64,000 nt of DNA from an uncultured Fibrobacterota bacterium (GCA_963753345.1 CAVWBU010000036.1:1-64000); one strand, 5' to 3'; numbered from the stretch's first letter, positions 1-10,420 are shown. A program made the numbers and translations. The notes: a model not told the origin generated them from the letters alone.

Positions 1-488
1 TCGCCTCCAGCCTGTTCCAAGCTCCCTGGAGAAGTGGCCCGGGATCGCCTAGCCCGAAGACAGTGCAGAAGCACACGACTTGGGACTGACGCATGAAGCT
101 GCCATCATCGGGAAACCAACCGGGATCCACCGTGTGGACCCTGCGCTCGCTCAAAGTCCTGACAACCTCCATCACGGCCATCGGTCGAGGTTTCGACTGG
201 CTTCCGGTCACAACCGACTGAAGCCTACTGTCAATAGCTGCCGCCTGGAAACCTGGCTGCAGCCGCCGGTTGCCCACCCGCACTTGTTGGCCTGATTCTG
301 AGTAGTCCGCGTGTCAACGACTTCAGCAAGTTCTCATAGGCCGCGAAGAGCAAGACGATAGCGCAACCCCTGGCCTCCCTTGCTGCCTCGCCCGGCTGCA
401 TTCGACCGCCAGGATCGGTGGCTATCACCAATGTCCTCGCCTGGTCCATTCGCTCGCAGAACTCGACACGATATCGCTTGCAGTCCAT
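1..488 (-). CDS. Putative HEPN-family (MAE_28990/MAE_18760-like) protein, frameshifted near 290, running off the window start
   Basis: ORF 231..488 has AIVLLFAAYEN. A second minus frame (VRVGNRRLQPGFQ...WFPDDGSFMRQSQV...FGLGDPGPLL...W) is open from about 285 to base 1. Starts 2 nt after the DUF262 stop. The RxxxxH motif is not in the window. Confidence 0.5.
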
Positions 489-490
489 GT

Positions 491-1042
491 TCAGCGCCCA
501 AGAAACCTATCCCTGCCAAGCTCGATGCGACCCCGCACCATCGCGCGGCTGTTCGTACCGCCCGAAGTCACCCGATGCATTTCCTCAGAATGAACCCATT
601 GAAGGTCATCTGGAATGGCCAGCGCAGCGTCCTGCTGAAGTGCCAACGCGGCCCCAACCGCAACTGCCTCAAATAGGTTGACAGGAGTTCGGTTGGTCCG
701 GGTCGTAATGCCGCTTGGGAAGCACGCTGACAGAAACCCAAATACTGGCTCGAACTCTCCGCGTCGACGGTCAAGGTCCTCAGAACTGCTGTCGCTGGCG
801 ATCTTCGCATAGTCGTTCAGGAAGTCGAGCACAGCGTGGTCGAACGCCTCATATCTGTCCAGGAACGCGAAGAACCGAAGAACAAACTCCTCCGGCGTCC
901 CGTCTCTCTTCTGCTTTTCCGTTAGCTTGATCACCGTGAGAAAGGTATCGGTACAACTCAGCTCGCCCAGCAAGTCCATGAACGGACCACGAAACACGCA
1001 TTCGCGGATCTCCTGGGCCGTCAATGATACGCCGCCGGTGTT
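491..1042 (-). pseudogene. C-terminal half of a DUF262 (GmrS/ParB-like) protein, 5' truncated
   Basis: Reads NTGGVSLTAQEIRECVFRG (end of the DUF262 domain), then EEFVLRFFAF and NLFEAVAVG. In-frame stop at about 1080 upstream and no N-terminal DGQQR part. Confidence 0.65.
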
Positions 1043-1044
1043 GC

Positions 1045-1425
1045 GCAGCGCTTTCGTGGCTGCAGGAAAGATATCATGTCAATTCCCAGCTCGACGTGTT
1101 GAACCTGGAATTGGAATATTTCGGCGCAAAGTACTATAACAGCGACAACAACGTCTTTGTCCAAAACAGCAACCCCTTGCCGTACCAGGCTTATAATAAT
1201 TCGTACTATTTCGATTCCCCTGGTGCACCCACAAAGAGCCTGGTCAAATGGTCGGTCTACGCGAAGAAGACCCTTCTCAATGGTCATTTTGCGGTTGCAG
1301 GTCAGGTGGGCCTCGATCATACGCGTATGTCAAATTACTCCTACGACAATTTGCAGCTCCGGAGTGAGCTGCTTGTCACAAGAGACGACTGGTGGTGGGC
1401 CCTCAAGACGAGCTGGATGTTCTAG
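1045..1425 (+). pseudogene. C-terminal fragment of a probable outer-membrane beta-barrel protein
   Basis: Amphipathic aromatic strands ending WWWALKTSWMF (terminal Phe). No credible start or signal peptide. Followed by a terminator. Confidence 0.55.
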
Positions 1426-1450
1426 AGAATGGCGTGAATTTGAGGAGTGC

Positions 1451-1488
1451 AGGGACGGGATCCGACAGGTCCCGTCCCTTTTTCTTTC
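1451..1488 (+). terminator. Intrinsic terminator
   Basis: AGGGACGGGA-loop-TCCCGTCCCT followed by TTTTCTTTC. Confidence 0.8.
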
Positions 1489-1497
1489 GTAAAGCCG

Positions 1498-2616
1498 TTA
1501 GAACCTGAAGTATTCCACCAGCATGCCGATCAGAAACAGCCCGACGCCGGCAGCCGTGTATATCGCGATGCGCTGCGCTTTGTGCCGCCATGAGCGTCCG
1601 TCAATCACCGCGACAACGTCTCCCATGGACTGGAACCGTTTTTCCCGCTTTACCGCAAGCATTTTTCTGAGGAGCCGTACCGTCGCCCGCGAAATGCGGG
1701 CATTGTACTTTTTCGGCGAAACAAAATTGCCGGTGAGGTGTTTGGTGAGAAGCTCCTGGGGAGAGTTGCCCGTGTAAACGGTTCTGCCCGTAAGCGCATA
1801 GTACAGGGTCGCGCCGAGGGAGTAGATGTCGGCCCTTCCGTCGATATCGCGGTTGCCGTCAACCTGCTCGGGCGACGTGTAGTAGAACGAGCCCACCAGG
1901 CACCCTTCCTGCGTGAGGGTCATGTGGTCTATGTCGTGGTGCATCACGAGCCCGAAATCGGTGATCTTGGGCGAGCCGCCCGCATCGAAAATGATGTTCT
2001 CCGGTTTCACGTCGCGGTGTACCACGCTGTTGGCGTGCGCGTGGCCGAGCGCCTGCGCGGTCGCGCGAATCACCGAAAGCGCCTCGTGCTCCGCAAGCAT
2101 TTTCTTGGAATCCACGTAGGCCTTGAGCGAGGGGCCGGGAAGGAGTTCCATGGCGAAATAGAAATGCCTGTTTATCCTGCCCGCGTCGTAAATGGTGACG
2201 ATATTGGGGTGTTTGAGCTTTGCCAGCGCGCGTATTTCCTGGAAGAACCGCGTTGCGTTGGTTTTGTCGTTGGTGACCGCCGCGTTGATGACTTTTATCG
2301 CCACGTTTCTGCCCATGAATTCGTGGACAGCCCGGTACACTTTGCCCATGCCGCCTTCGCCGATGAGCTCGGCCATGCGGTAGGCTCCGAATATTTTGCC
2401 GTCATCGGTGAGCTGGCTAATCTCGGAAAGCTCGTGCACCTGTTCGGGCGTGAGAAAGCCCTTGCTGACGAGCACGTCCTCGACCGAAGTCTCCAGTCCT
2501 AGTTTCCTGCTCTTCTTGGCGATGGACTTGCACAGCTCGAGCTGTTCTTCCGAGATGATCTTGCGGTCAAGGGCAAGCTTTACATAGGGGATTGCGGTTT
2601 CGGATTGTTCATTCAT
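1498..2616 (-). CDS. Hanks-type Ser/Thr protein kinase with C-terminal TM helix
   Basis: IGEGGMGKVY, VAIK, HRDVKPEN, DFG, SPEQ, DIYSLG; hydrophobic C-terminus. Confidence 0.93.
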   Translation of the reverse strand: MNEQSETAIPYVKLALDRKIISEEQLELCKSIAKKSRKLGLETSVEDVLVSKGFLTPEQVHELSEISQLTDDGKIFGAYRMAELIGEGGMGKVYRAVHEFMGRNVAIKVINAAVTNDKTNATRFFQEIRALAKLKHPNIVTIYDAGRINRHFYFAMELLPGPSLKAYVDSKKMLAEHEALSVIRATAQALGHAHANSVVHRDVKPENIIFDAGGSPKITDFGLVMHHDIDHMTLTQEGCLVGSFYYTSPEQVDGNRDIDGRADIYSLGATLYYALTGRTVYTGNSPQELLTKHLTGNFVSPKKYNARISRATVRLLRKMLAVKREKRFQSMGDVVAVIDGRSWRHKAQRIAIYTAAGVGLFLIGMLVEYFRF

Positions 2617-2781
2617 GGCAGAACCCGGAGGCTGAGGCCGTTGATACAATCAAGCGAACAAGGGTGATAACATGCCCCGCCGCCGACCATAAAATACATT
2701 ATTTCTTGTACGTTTTACTTTGCGTTCTTTGCGTGCTTCGACGAGCTCAGCGCAGGCCTTTGCGGTGAATTCCTTTGCCGG

Positions 2782-3553
2782 CTACACCGCCAGTTCAATT
2801 CCGATTGGACAATGGTCCGACCCAGTCACGTCGCTCAGGATAAATGCGTTCTTCACCTTCGGCTGAAGATCGCCGCTCACAAAAAAGTAGTCGATACGCC
2901 AGCCCACGTTTCTTGCCCGGGCGCCGCTCTTGAGGTCCCACCAGGTGTACAGGTGCGGCTCTTTGCGGAACATTCGGAGCGTGTCTACGTACCCGTGCGT
3001 TTCGTATTTGTCCATCCACGCGCGCTCAACAGGCAGAAACCCGGAAACGGTTTCGTTTTCTTTGGGACGGGCAAGGTCTATTTCATGATGCGCGGTGTTG
3101 TAGTCGCCGCACGTCACGAGCGGGAATTTTCTTCTTTTGAAGCCCGTCGCAAAAGGAAAAGAACGCGTCGTAAAAGTCCATTTTGTATCGCAGGCGTTCA
3201 TCGTTCTGCTTGCCGTTCGGGAAGTAGACGTTGAGAAGGACGAACGTGTCGAAGTGGACGACAAGCGTCCTGCCTTCGGTGTCGAAATTCTTCACGCCGA
3301 ACCCTTGTTCCACCTTTTTCGGTTTCTGTTTCGCGTACACGACCACGCCGCTGTATCCTTTTTTCTCCAGCGCACAGTTCCAGAACGAAGAATACCCGCC
3401 CGGCGACATGAACGACGGGTCGAGCTCCTGCGGGTCGAACACCTTGGTCTCCTGAAGGCAGATAACGTCCGCGCCGTCGTTGATGAGCCAGTCGAGCATT
3501 CCCTTTTTCGCAATCGCGCGGATGCCGTTGACGTTCCAACTGAGGATTCTCAT
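2782..3553 (-). CDS. xth: Exodeoxyribonuclease III, split by a +1 frameshift near 3122
   Basis: [15 protein letters not shown] and EGR in one frame; GDYNTAH, GWRIDY and SDHCP in the other. Confidence 0.92.
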
Positions 3554-3815
3554 ATAGTCAAGTCCTTCCCGGGTGAGGCGGACGGTTGATTAGTAGACAA
3601 ATGCACTTTGCAAAAATTGTAGGTTTAGAGTTGAGAGTTTAGAGTTGAGAGTGAGGACGAGGGCGAGCCGGCAATCGCCATGGTGCGGCCGTAATCGAGA
3701 CTCGTCCAAGAAGCAGATTTCACGCTGACGTTCACTCTCAACACTCAACTTTGAACTCTTATCCTCTTCTCTGTGTTCTCCGTGCTTTTATGGTGATTTT
3801 TCTTAGGCCGCAATA

Positions 3816-4160
3816 TTACCCGACCGCCCGCACCACGGCCGCAATGGCCGCCGCGCAAGCGCACCAGATCAATGTTGACAAAAGGAGACTCTGGACAAGC
3901 CCTGCTCTCATGACAAGTATATAGAACGCGGCTAGAAACGCAAGCGTCGCCGGCAGGCCCGCCATTGAAAACAGGGCGATCTTCCTGACGCCGGCCGTGT
4001 CGAGCGCGCTGCCGGCAAAGTAGAGTCCGACGAGCGTGACCAGGGGAAACAGCAGGAAAAGCCCGGCGAGAAGCGGGTGTCTGGTCTTTGCAAGAACCGA
4101 CACGCCGGCCACAAGGGTTCCGCCGGCAACAAAGCGCAGCGCGAGATCGAAGAGGTTCAT
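3816..4160 (-). CDS. GlpM-like small membrane protein
   Basis: 114 aa, about 4 TM helices, LAGLFLLFPLVTL pattern. Confidence 0.6.
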   Translation of the reverse strand: MNLFDLALRFVAGGTLVAGVSVLAKTRHPLLAGLFLLFPLVTLVGLYFAGSALDTAGVRKIALFSMAGLPATLAFLAAFYILVMRAGLVQSLLLSTLIWCACAAAIAAVVRAVG

Positions 4161-4397
4161 GGTCCTCCAAAAATCGTGGGGAGCGGGTGAAATAGGCGGG
4201 GGACACGTATCCCCGGATGGAAAATAGTTCGGGAGCGCAACGGCGAGGACTGGGCCGCGGTATTGTGTCGTGCGGACTGACGTCCGCCTGCAAATTGTTG
4301 CCGATTTTTTTTCGCGGCAACACCTATTTTATAGCAAACCGGCCGGGCGCGTATCGTCCCGGAGAGCATCACCCACGCTTGTCGAGAGGAATGCCCG

Positions 4398-4886
4398 ATG
4401 AAACAGCCAGCAGTGACCCCGAAAAAGCCGTCCAATGCCTGGATCTTGCTTGTCATTTCCATCGTCTTGGTCGCGCTGAGCGTCGCGGGGTTTGCGGTAT
4501 TCGTCAATCTCAACCGCACCATCAAGATGACGTCCGGGAAGGTTGTCGACTCCTACAGCAAGAAGGAGTTCGCCTCGCGCAAGCAGACTATTGACCAGGA
4601 ATACGATGTGGTGCAGTACACCATTGAAGGAAAACAATATACGGGAAAGACCGCGGCGCCCAAGACAGGGTATTCCTCCCAGTACGTGACGGTCTACTAC
4701 TACGAGAAGTTTCCCGGCATGGCGTGGTTCCGCAGCAAGAACAACTCCAGCATGGCGTTCTGCTCGCTCTTCGCCGTCGTATCGCTGGCGCTGCTCGCGT
4801 ATTCCGGGTATCGTTTGAGAAAAAATGCTCTGGCGGCAGCAACGTTCAAACAACAGCAGCCGAAGAAAGGTCAGAACAAGTCGTGA
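4398..4886 (+). CDS. Hypothetical 2-TM membrane protein
   Basis: RBS GAGAGGA; two hydrophobic segments flanking a small beta domain. Confidence 0.7.
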   Translation: MKQPAVTPKKPSNAWILLVISIVLVALSVAGFAVFVNLNRTIKMTSGKVVDSYSKKEFASRKQTIDQEYDVVQYTIEGKQYTGKTAAPKTGYSSQYVTVYYYEKFPGMAWFRSKNNSSMAFCSLFAVVSLALLAYSGYRLRKNALAAATFKQQQPKKGQNKS

Positions 4887-4938
4887 CAGGCACGGTTCGC
4901 CGCATCCCCGTACGGTGGTTATGAAAGAGGCTGATGGC

Positions 4939-5424
4939 ATGAGATCCATTATCCCACAATGTCTGGCGCTTGCACTCTTCCTGGCCTGGCCCTGTCCCGC
5001 CCAGATCGATTCCTCTCAACACCTGGACACCCTGCCGCTCAAGGTTCTTATCGCAATTGGACCAAGCTACCTGGAAAACGCCGTTTCTGCAATTGTCAAG
5101 GACAGCCTTCAGGCCCGCGGGTACGAAGTCGTTATTGTCAATAACAGCGTCCTTGGCGCCCAGGACAGACGCCGGTACAAAGCCTTTATTCTCTTCAGTG
5201 CGGTCAGGGAATCAAAGCTCACGCGGGCGGCCCAGAAACTCATGCGTTCACAGGATGGGCCTGGCGAAGCATCGAACATGCTCGTATGCGATGTTCTGGG
5301 GGAGCCGTGGAAAGGCGGGCACGAAGAAATGAGCGGTGTGGCCTCGGCCACCCAGCGCGTGAAGCCCGAGGATATCGCGGCACGTGTCGTAGCGAATTTC
5401 GACAGCATTTTTGTGAAGAAATAG
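4939..5424 (+). CDS. Hypothetical exported protein
   Basis: Signal-peptide-like MRSIIPQCLALALFLAWPCPA; alpha/beta pattern. Confidence 0.6.
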   Translation: MRSIIPQCLALALFLAWPCPAQIDSSQHLDTLPLKVLIAIGPSYLENAVSAIVKDSLQARGYEVVIVNNSVLGAQDRRRYKAFILFSAVRESKLTRAAQKLMRSQDGPGEASNMLVCDVLGEPWKGGHEEMSGVASATQRVKPEDIAARVVANFDSIFVKK

Positions 5425-5458
5425 GCCGGCTCCAACCTTCTTTCGTCCAAGTCCCCCT

Positions 5459-5977
5459 ATGATCGAACCCTGCAACCCCCGCGATTCCGCAACGATTCTC
5501 GCCATTGTCAATGATGCGGCCCAAGCCTACAAAAACGCGATCCCGGCCGACTGCTGGCACGATCCCTACATGTCGGCGGAGTACCTTCGCGGGGAAATCG
5601 AAAGGGGCGTCGCGTTTTACGGGTTCAGGGAAAACGGCCGCTGTGACGGCGTTATGGGAATCCAGCACCCGAAGGACGTGACGCTCATCCGCCACGCCTA
5701 CGTGCGCACCGCGTCCCGCAGAATGGGCATCGGCGGCGCGCTGCTGTCGTATCTTGTAAACCAGACCAGCAGGCCGGTGCTCGTGGGGACGTGGAAGGCG
5801 GCGACGTGGGCGATTGCGTTTTATGAGAAGCACGGGTTCAGGATGGTGGATGAGGAGACGAAGGATAAATTGCTCAGAAAGTATTGGGTGATATCGGACA
5901 GACAGGTTGAGACGTCGGTGGTGCTGGCAGATAAAACCTGGGTTGACAAGATAGGCAAGCAGGGGGCAAGCATATGA
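5459..5977 (+). CDS. GNAT family N-acetyltransferase
   Basis: HAYVRTASRRMGIGGALL and AIAFYEKHGF motifs. Confidence 0.9.
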   Translation: MIEPCNPRDSATILAIVNDAAQAYKNAIPADCWHDPYMSAEYLRGEIERGVAFYGFRENGRCDGVMGIQHPKDVTLIRHAYVRTASRRMGIGGALLSYLVNQTSRPVLVGTWKAATWAIAFYEKHGFRMVDEETKDKLLRKYWVISDRQVETSVVLADKTWVDKIGKQGASI

Positions 5978-6065
5978 TATGATGTGACTCGCGAATATCT
6001 GCTGTCGTATGCCCCTGGTATCACTCTCGACACATTTTGCTTTCATTTCCAGCTACCATGAATGA

Positions 6066-6194
6066 AGATTTGTGGCTGCGCCTATGGCCGTGATTTTAAG
6101 AACAACCCCCGCCTATGGCGGGTACCTCGTCAGGTACTTCCAAGGGTCGGGAGCTGGACGGCTACGCAACGGCACAGGTGCCGTTTCTTTTTTT
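6066..6194 (+). ncRNA. Candidate structured small RNA, copy A
   Basis: Closing helix GTGGCTG/CGGCTAC, internal hairpins, a motif shared with 60497-60582(-), and terminator AACGGCAC-AG-GTGCCGTT-TCTTTTTT. Confidence 0.5.
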
Positions 6195-6427
6195 CGCGGC
6201 CTATGGGCCGCTTCAAAAAAGCCACCGCCTGTGGCGGTGGTCGTTTACTCCGTATCAATCAAGATCGTCCACCTTCCTTTCCTCATCATTTTATCCCGCA
6301 AAATCATTATATTTGCCGTTAAGGTGACAGCTTGTCAGGATAATGCAGGGTAATTGAGTCAATCTTGTAACCTGCGCCGCTCTTGCGCGGTCAAATCTTC
6401 TGGTTCTATCAAACCAAAGGAGGTCGT

Positions 6428-7162
6428 ATGAAACAGTATCTCACCAATCTCCGCGTTGTCATTCTCACTTTTATTGCCGGAATGGGCTGCCTGCTTTCCG
6501 GCTGTGCCCGCAACGACAACATTTCCGACGAGTTCGCCCGCATTTCCGCGCAGGAGGTGTCGAACATGGACGCCAACTCCAGCACCATGATCAACGCTCC
6601 GGCGCTTGCCAAACGCGCCGCGGTCGCGGCCGACACCGTCTATTACGACTGGACCGTGTACCCCTATACCTGGGATTCCACCATCGGCGGCTATATCCGC
6701 AAAGCGACGATCACGGCGTCGGATGGCTACGACAGGCTTCGCGTGGACACGCTCATCTTCAAAGACGCCGCGGGAAACGGCCTGCGGCATCCGACCTTTG
6801 CCACATGCGATTCCATATACCATGTGCGCAACGTGAAACGGACCAAGGGGGGCAATGAACTTGACATAAGGGTTGAGATGCATTCCTCCATCAATCTCAC
6901 GCCCGACACCACGCATGTCAAGAACGGGACCATCTCGGGCACCTACGATGGCGAGCAGGCGGCAACGGGCACGATCACCGGCGTCACGCGCGTCTATTCC
7001 GGCGGTTACTGGCATTTTCCTGAAAGCGGCACCATTTCCGTGGACTTCCCCCGCCGCACCTACGAAGTTGATTTCCTCGGCAACGACAGAGCAAAGCTCA
7101 CGGTCACCAACACCGCGACCGGCAAGACCATTATTGTCACGTATCAGGTTGATCAGATGTAG
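6428..7162 (+). CDS. Hypothetical lipoprotein
   Basis: RBS AGGAGG, lipobox LSGC, Thr-rich beta strands. Confidence 0.8.
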   Translation: MKQYLTNLRVVILTFIAGMGCLLSGCARNDNISDEFARISAQEVSNMDANSSTMINAPALAKRAAVAADTVYYDWTVYPYTWDSTIGGYIRKATITASDGYDRLRVDTLIFKDAAGNGLRHPTFATCDSIYHVRNVKRTKGGNELDIRVEMHSSINLTPDTTHVKNGTISGTYDGEQAATGTITGVTRVYSGGYWHFPESGTISVDFPRRTYEVDFLGNDRAKLTVTNTATGKTIIVTYQVDQM

Positions 7163-7307
7163 CGGACGTCGGTTCGGTTGCCGCGTTTTCCCCGGAGCGG
7201 AGGCATTTGCGGCTTCCGCTCTTTCTCTATTGGCTTGACTCCGGCCTGCATTCATGGCTATTTTCAAGACGACATTTGAGCCGCACGTTTTTTTGCGAGG
7301 AACACAC

Positions 7308-8660
7308 ATGTATGATCTGATCATCATCGGCGGCGGGCCGGCCGGCTATGTTGCGGCCGAGCACGCGGGCAAATCGGGTCTCTCCGTGCTTCTCATCGAA
7401 AAGGGCGGCCTGGGCGGCGTGTGCCTCAATGAGGGCTGCATCCCGTCAAAGACGCTGTTGCATTGCGTAAAGCTCTTTTCCGCGGCGAAATCGTCGGCAG
7501 CGTTCGGCGTGACCGCGGAACGCGTTTCGTTCGATCTCGGCCCGGTCATGGCGCGCAAGCAAAAGACCGTGGAGACCATGCGCAACGGCATCGCATCGAC
7601 GCTTGCGAAGCACAAGGTAGAAATCTGCGCGGGCAGCGCCGCCATTCTGGGGAAATCCGGTGGAACATTCCGTGTTGCTGCGGCCGGGAAGGAGCACGAA
7701 GCCGCAAGGCTCCTCGTGTGCACCGGGTCCGAGGCGGTGCGGCTCGGCGTTCCCGGCGCACAGCAGGATTTCGTGATGACCAACAGGGAGATCCTGTCGG
7801 TTTCTTCCATTCCGTCAACAATAGCCGTGATCGGCGGCGGCGCCATCGGGCTCGAATTCGCATCGTTTTTGGCGGAGGCCGGCAGCCGCGTGAGCGTTGT
7901 GGAGATCCTCCCGACAATCGGAGGACGCCTTGACAAAGACATTGCGGGCGCACTCAAGCGCGAACTTGATAAAAAGGGAATCGTGTTTTATCTGCAGTCG
8001 AAAGTGACTTCCATCGGCGATCGCTCGGTAACATTCGAATCCGGCGGAAAAAGCCAAACGCTTCCTGCGGACATTGTTCTTATAAGCGTGGGACGCAGGC
8101 CCGTCGTTGGCGGATTCGGCCTCGAAACCTTGGGCGTGCTGGTGGAAAAAGGCGCAATAAAAACCGACCTGCAGGGCCGCACGAATGTGCCCGGCGTATG
8201 GGCTGCCGGCGACGTCAACGGCATTTCGATGCTTGCGCACACCGCGTTTCGCGAGGCAAAGGTCTGCGTGCACGACATGCTCGGCATACGCGACGCCGTC
8301 AACTACGACGCCATTCCTTCGGTGATCTACACCCACCCCGAGGCTGCGACGGTCGGGTTGACAAAGGATGAAGCCGCGGCCCGCGGCTTTGCGCCCGTGG
8401 AGGGGCGGCTGCCGCTTACGTTCAACGGCCGCTATTTTGCGGAGACCGACAACGAGCGCGGCACGATCCGCGTTGTCGCCGATGCAAAAAGCCGGAGGCT
8501 TCTCGGCGTCCACCTGCTCGGCGGAAACTGCTCCGAACTTATCGGGGGAGCGGCCGCTCTCATCGAGCAGGGACTTACCCTGGAAGACGCCGCGAAGATC
8601 GTTTTTCCTCACCCAACGGTGTCCGAGATCATCGGCGATGCCATGGCGCAGGTCCCCTAA
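7308..8660 (+). CDS. lpdA: Dihydrolipoyl dehydrogenase
   Basis: GGGPAGY, GGVCLNEGCIPSK, GGGAIGLE, HPTVSE. Confidence 0.93.
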   Translation: MYDLIIIGGGPAGYVAAEHAGKSGLSVLLIEKGGLGGVCLNEGCIPSKTLLHCVKLFSAAKSSAAFGVTAERVSFDLGPVMARKQKTVETMRNGIASTLAKHKVEICAGSAAILGKSGGTFRVAAAGKEHEAARLLVCTGSEAVRLGVPGAQQDFVMTNREILSVSSIPSTIAVIGGGAIGLEFASFLAEAGSRVSVVEILPTIGGRLDKDIAGALKRELDKKGIVFYLQSKVTSIGDRSVTFESGGKSQTLPADIVLISVGRRPVVGGFGLETLGVLVEKGAIKTDLQGRTNVPGVWAAGDVNGISMLAHTAFREAKVCVHDMLGIRDAVNYDAIPSVIYTHPEAATVGLTKDEAAARGFAPVEGRLPLTFNGRYFAETDNERGTIRVVADAKSRRLLGVHLLGGNCSELIGGAAALIEQGLTLEDAAKIVFPHPTVSEIIGDAMAQVP

Positions 8661-8666
8661 CGTTTC

Positions 8667-9836
8667 ATGCTCACCGTCCAACTCAAAAACGGCAAAGACA
8701 AGCCCGTCCGCATGGGACACCCTTGGATTTTCTCCGGGGCAATCGCCCGCCTGCAGGGAAGCGGCGACAGCGGGGCACTATGCGCCGTGGTCTCTTCGTC
8801 GGGCGAGGGGCTTGGAACCGGTTTTTACAACGCGAATTCCGCGATCCGCGTGCGCATGCTTGCGAAACAGGGCGAGGCCTTTGACGAGGCTGTGCTCGCG
8901 CGGCGGATCGGCGACGCTGTTGCACGCCGCGCGGCCATCCTCGACGGCCGCACCGACTCGTGCCGGCTTGTCAATTCGGAAGGTGACCGGCTGCCCGGCC
9001 TCATTGTTGACAAATACGCAGATGGCCTGTGCGTGCAGGTGCTCACCGCGGGCATGGAGCGGCTGAGGCAGCCGGTCGTTGATTCATTGGTGAAGGCCTG
9101 TTCGCCGGTATTTATCTGCGAGCGTTCGGACACGGACGCCCGCAGCCGCGAGGGTCTGCCGGAGAAAAACGGCCCGATGCGGGGCACGCTCCCGGAACAG
9201 GTCGTGATGAAGGAAAACGGGCTTTGTTTCCATGTCAATCTGTCAACCGGGCAGAAGACGGGCTTCTTTCTTGACCAGCGCGACAACAGGCGGCTGTTCG
9301 CGTCCTTTGCGGCGGGCAAGGCGCTGTGCGACTGCTTCTGCTACAGCGGCGGTTTTTCGGTGTACGGCCTTTCGGGCGGCGCGGTCTCGAGCACAATGGT
9401 TGACACATCCGAAGCCGCCGTGGCCGCCGCGCGTGACAACTGCGGCCGCAACGGCTTTGGAGCGGGCCGGTGCACCGGCGTTGCCGCAAATGTGTTCGGC
9501 TTCCTGCGCGCAACCGACCGGCGGTTCGGCTGCATCGTTCTGGACCCGCCCCCGTTCGCACGGCACAAAGGCGAGGTCGAAGCGGCGGCGCGCGGCTACA
9601 AGGACATCAACCTGCTCGCCTTCAAGAACGTGGAACCCGGCGGGATCGTGTTCACCTTTTCGTGTTCGAGCGCAATCGACCCGAACCTCTTCCGCCAGAT
9701 TGTGTTCGCCGCCGCGGCCGATTCGCAGCGGTTTGTGCAGGTACTTCATGTTCTGTCCGCAGGTCCTGACCATCCGTTCAACATCGCCCACCGGGAAGGG
9801 GAGTATCTGAAAGGGTTGGTGCTGAGGGTTGAATAG
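8667..9836 (+). CDS. rlmI: 23S rRNA m5C1962 methyltransferase (RlmI family)
   Basis: PUA-domain HPWIFSG, SEGDRLPGLIVD, GQKTGFFLDQRDN, LDPP, EGEYLKG. Confidence 0.9.
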   Translation: MLTVQLKNGKDKPVRMGHPWIFSGAIARLQGSGDSGALCAVVSSSGEGLGTGFYNANSAIRVRMLAKQGEAFDEAVLARRIGDAVARRAAILDGRTDSCRLVNSEGDRLPGLIVDKYADGLCVQVLTAGMERLRQPVVDSLVKACSPVFICERSDTDARSREGLPEKNGPMRGTLPEQVVMKENGLCFHVNLSTGQKTGFFLDQRDNRRLFASFAAGKALCDCFCYSGGFSVYGLSGGAVSSTMVDTSEAAVAAARDNCGRNGFGAGRCTGVAANVFGFLRATDRRFGCIVLDPPPFARHKGEVEAAARGYKDINLLAFKNVEPGGIVFTFSCSSAIDPNLFRQIVFAAAADSQRFVQVLHVLSAGPDHPFNIAHREGEYLKGLVLRVE

Positions 9837-9929
9837 GGGGGTGCAGTCTGTCAACTTTCACTCTTTAACTATTCTTCTCTGTGTCCTCCGTGCCCCTGTG
9901 GTGAAGATTTCTTTTCATATAAAAAATGC

Positions 9930-9958
9930 TTGACAATTCGGCCGGAATGGTGCATATT
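9930..9958 (+). promoter_or_regulatory. sigma70-type promoter upstream of rho
   Basis: TTGACA-N17-CATATT with an A/T tract upstream. Confidence 0.6.
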
Positions 9959-10249
9959 TAGTAGCATTAAAGAGCGCTAAGAATCAGTTTGATCCTGTTT
10001 TCAGCCTCACAAACTACCTGTTCGGCACGATACCCTATCCCGAACCAGTTTCGATACGAGCGATCTCCAATACGCAATGGAATTTCATAAAACGGCAGCC
10101 TGATTTTTTTCATCAGAAGTGATTTGAGCGCCCACTCATCCAAAGAAATCCTTTTCGGATTATACATCGGGTTGCGGCGGAGCCGCTTGCCTTCTGCCGC
10201 GGCGCAGGTGCTCAAGCTCGCATGATCATGGTTCTCCAATTTATCTCAT

Positions 10250-10420
10250 GTGAATCCCATAGCGAGCGCATTCCTCCAAGGTTCGCTGTCGCGGCTACTC
10301 CTGTAGTGTTGTATGCAGTTGCAGCCGTGGTGCTTCGGGGTTAGCGAGCGACTATGAGTATGTTTTTTTCCATAGGGATGGAAGATTCCTCGTCCCGCGG
10401 GACTGCGGGGTTCTTCAATA
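10250..10420. repeat. Small palindromic MITE/REP-like element in the rho leader
   Basis: Internal repeat TAGCGAGCG (about 10260 and about 10342) and a CCTCGTCCCGCGGGACTGCGGGG hairpin. Resembles dispersed non-autonomous elements (from recollection, not searched). Confidence 0.45.
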
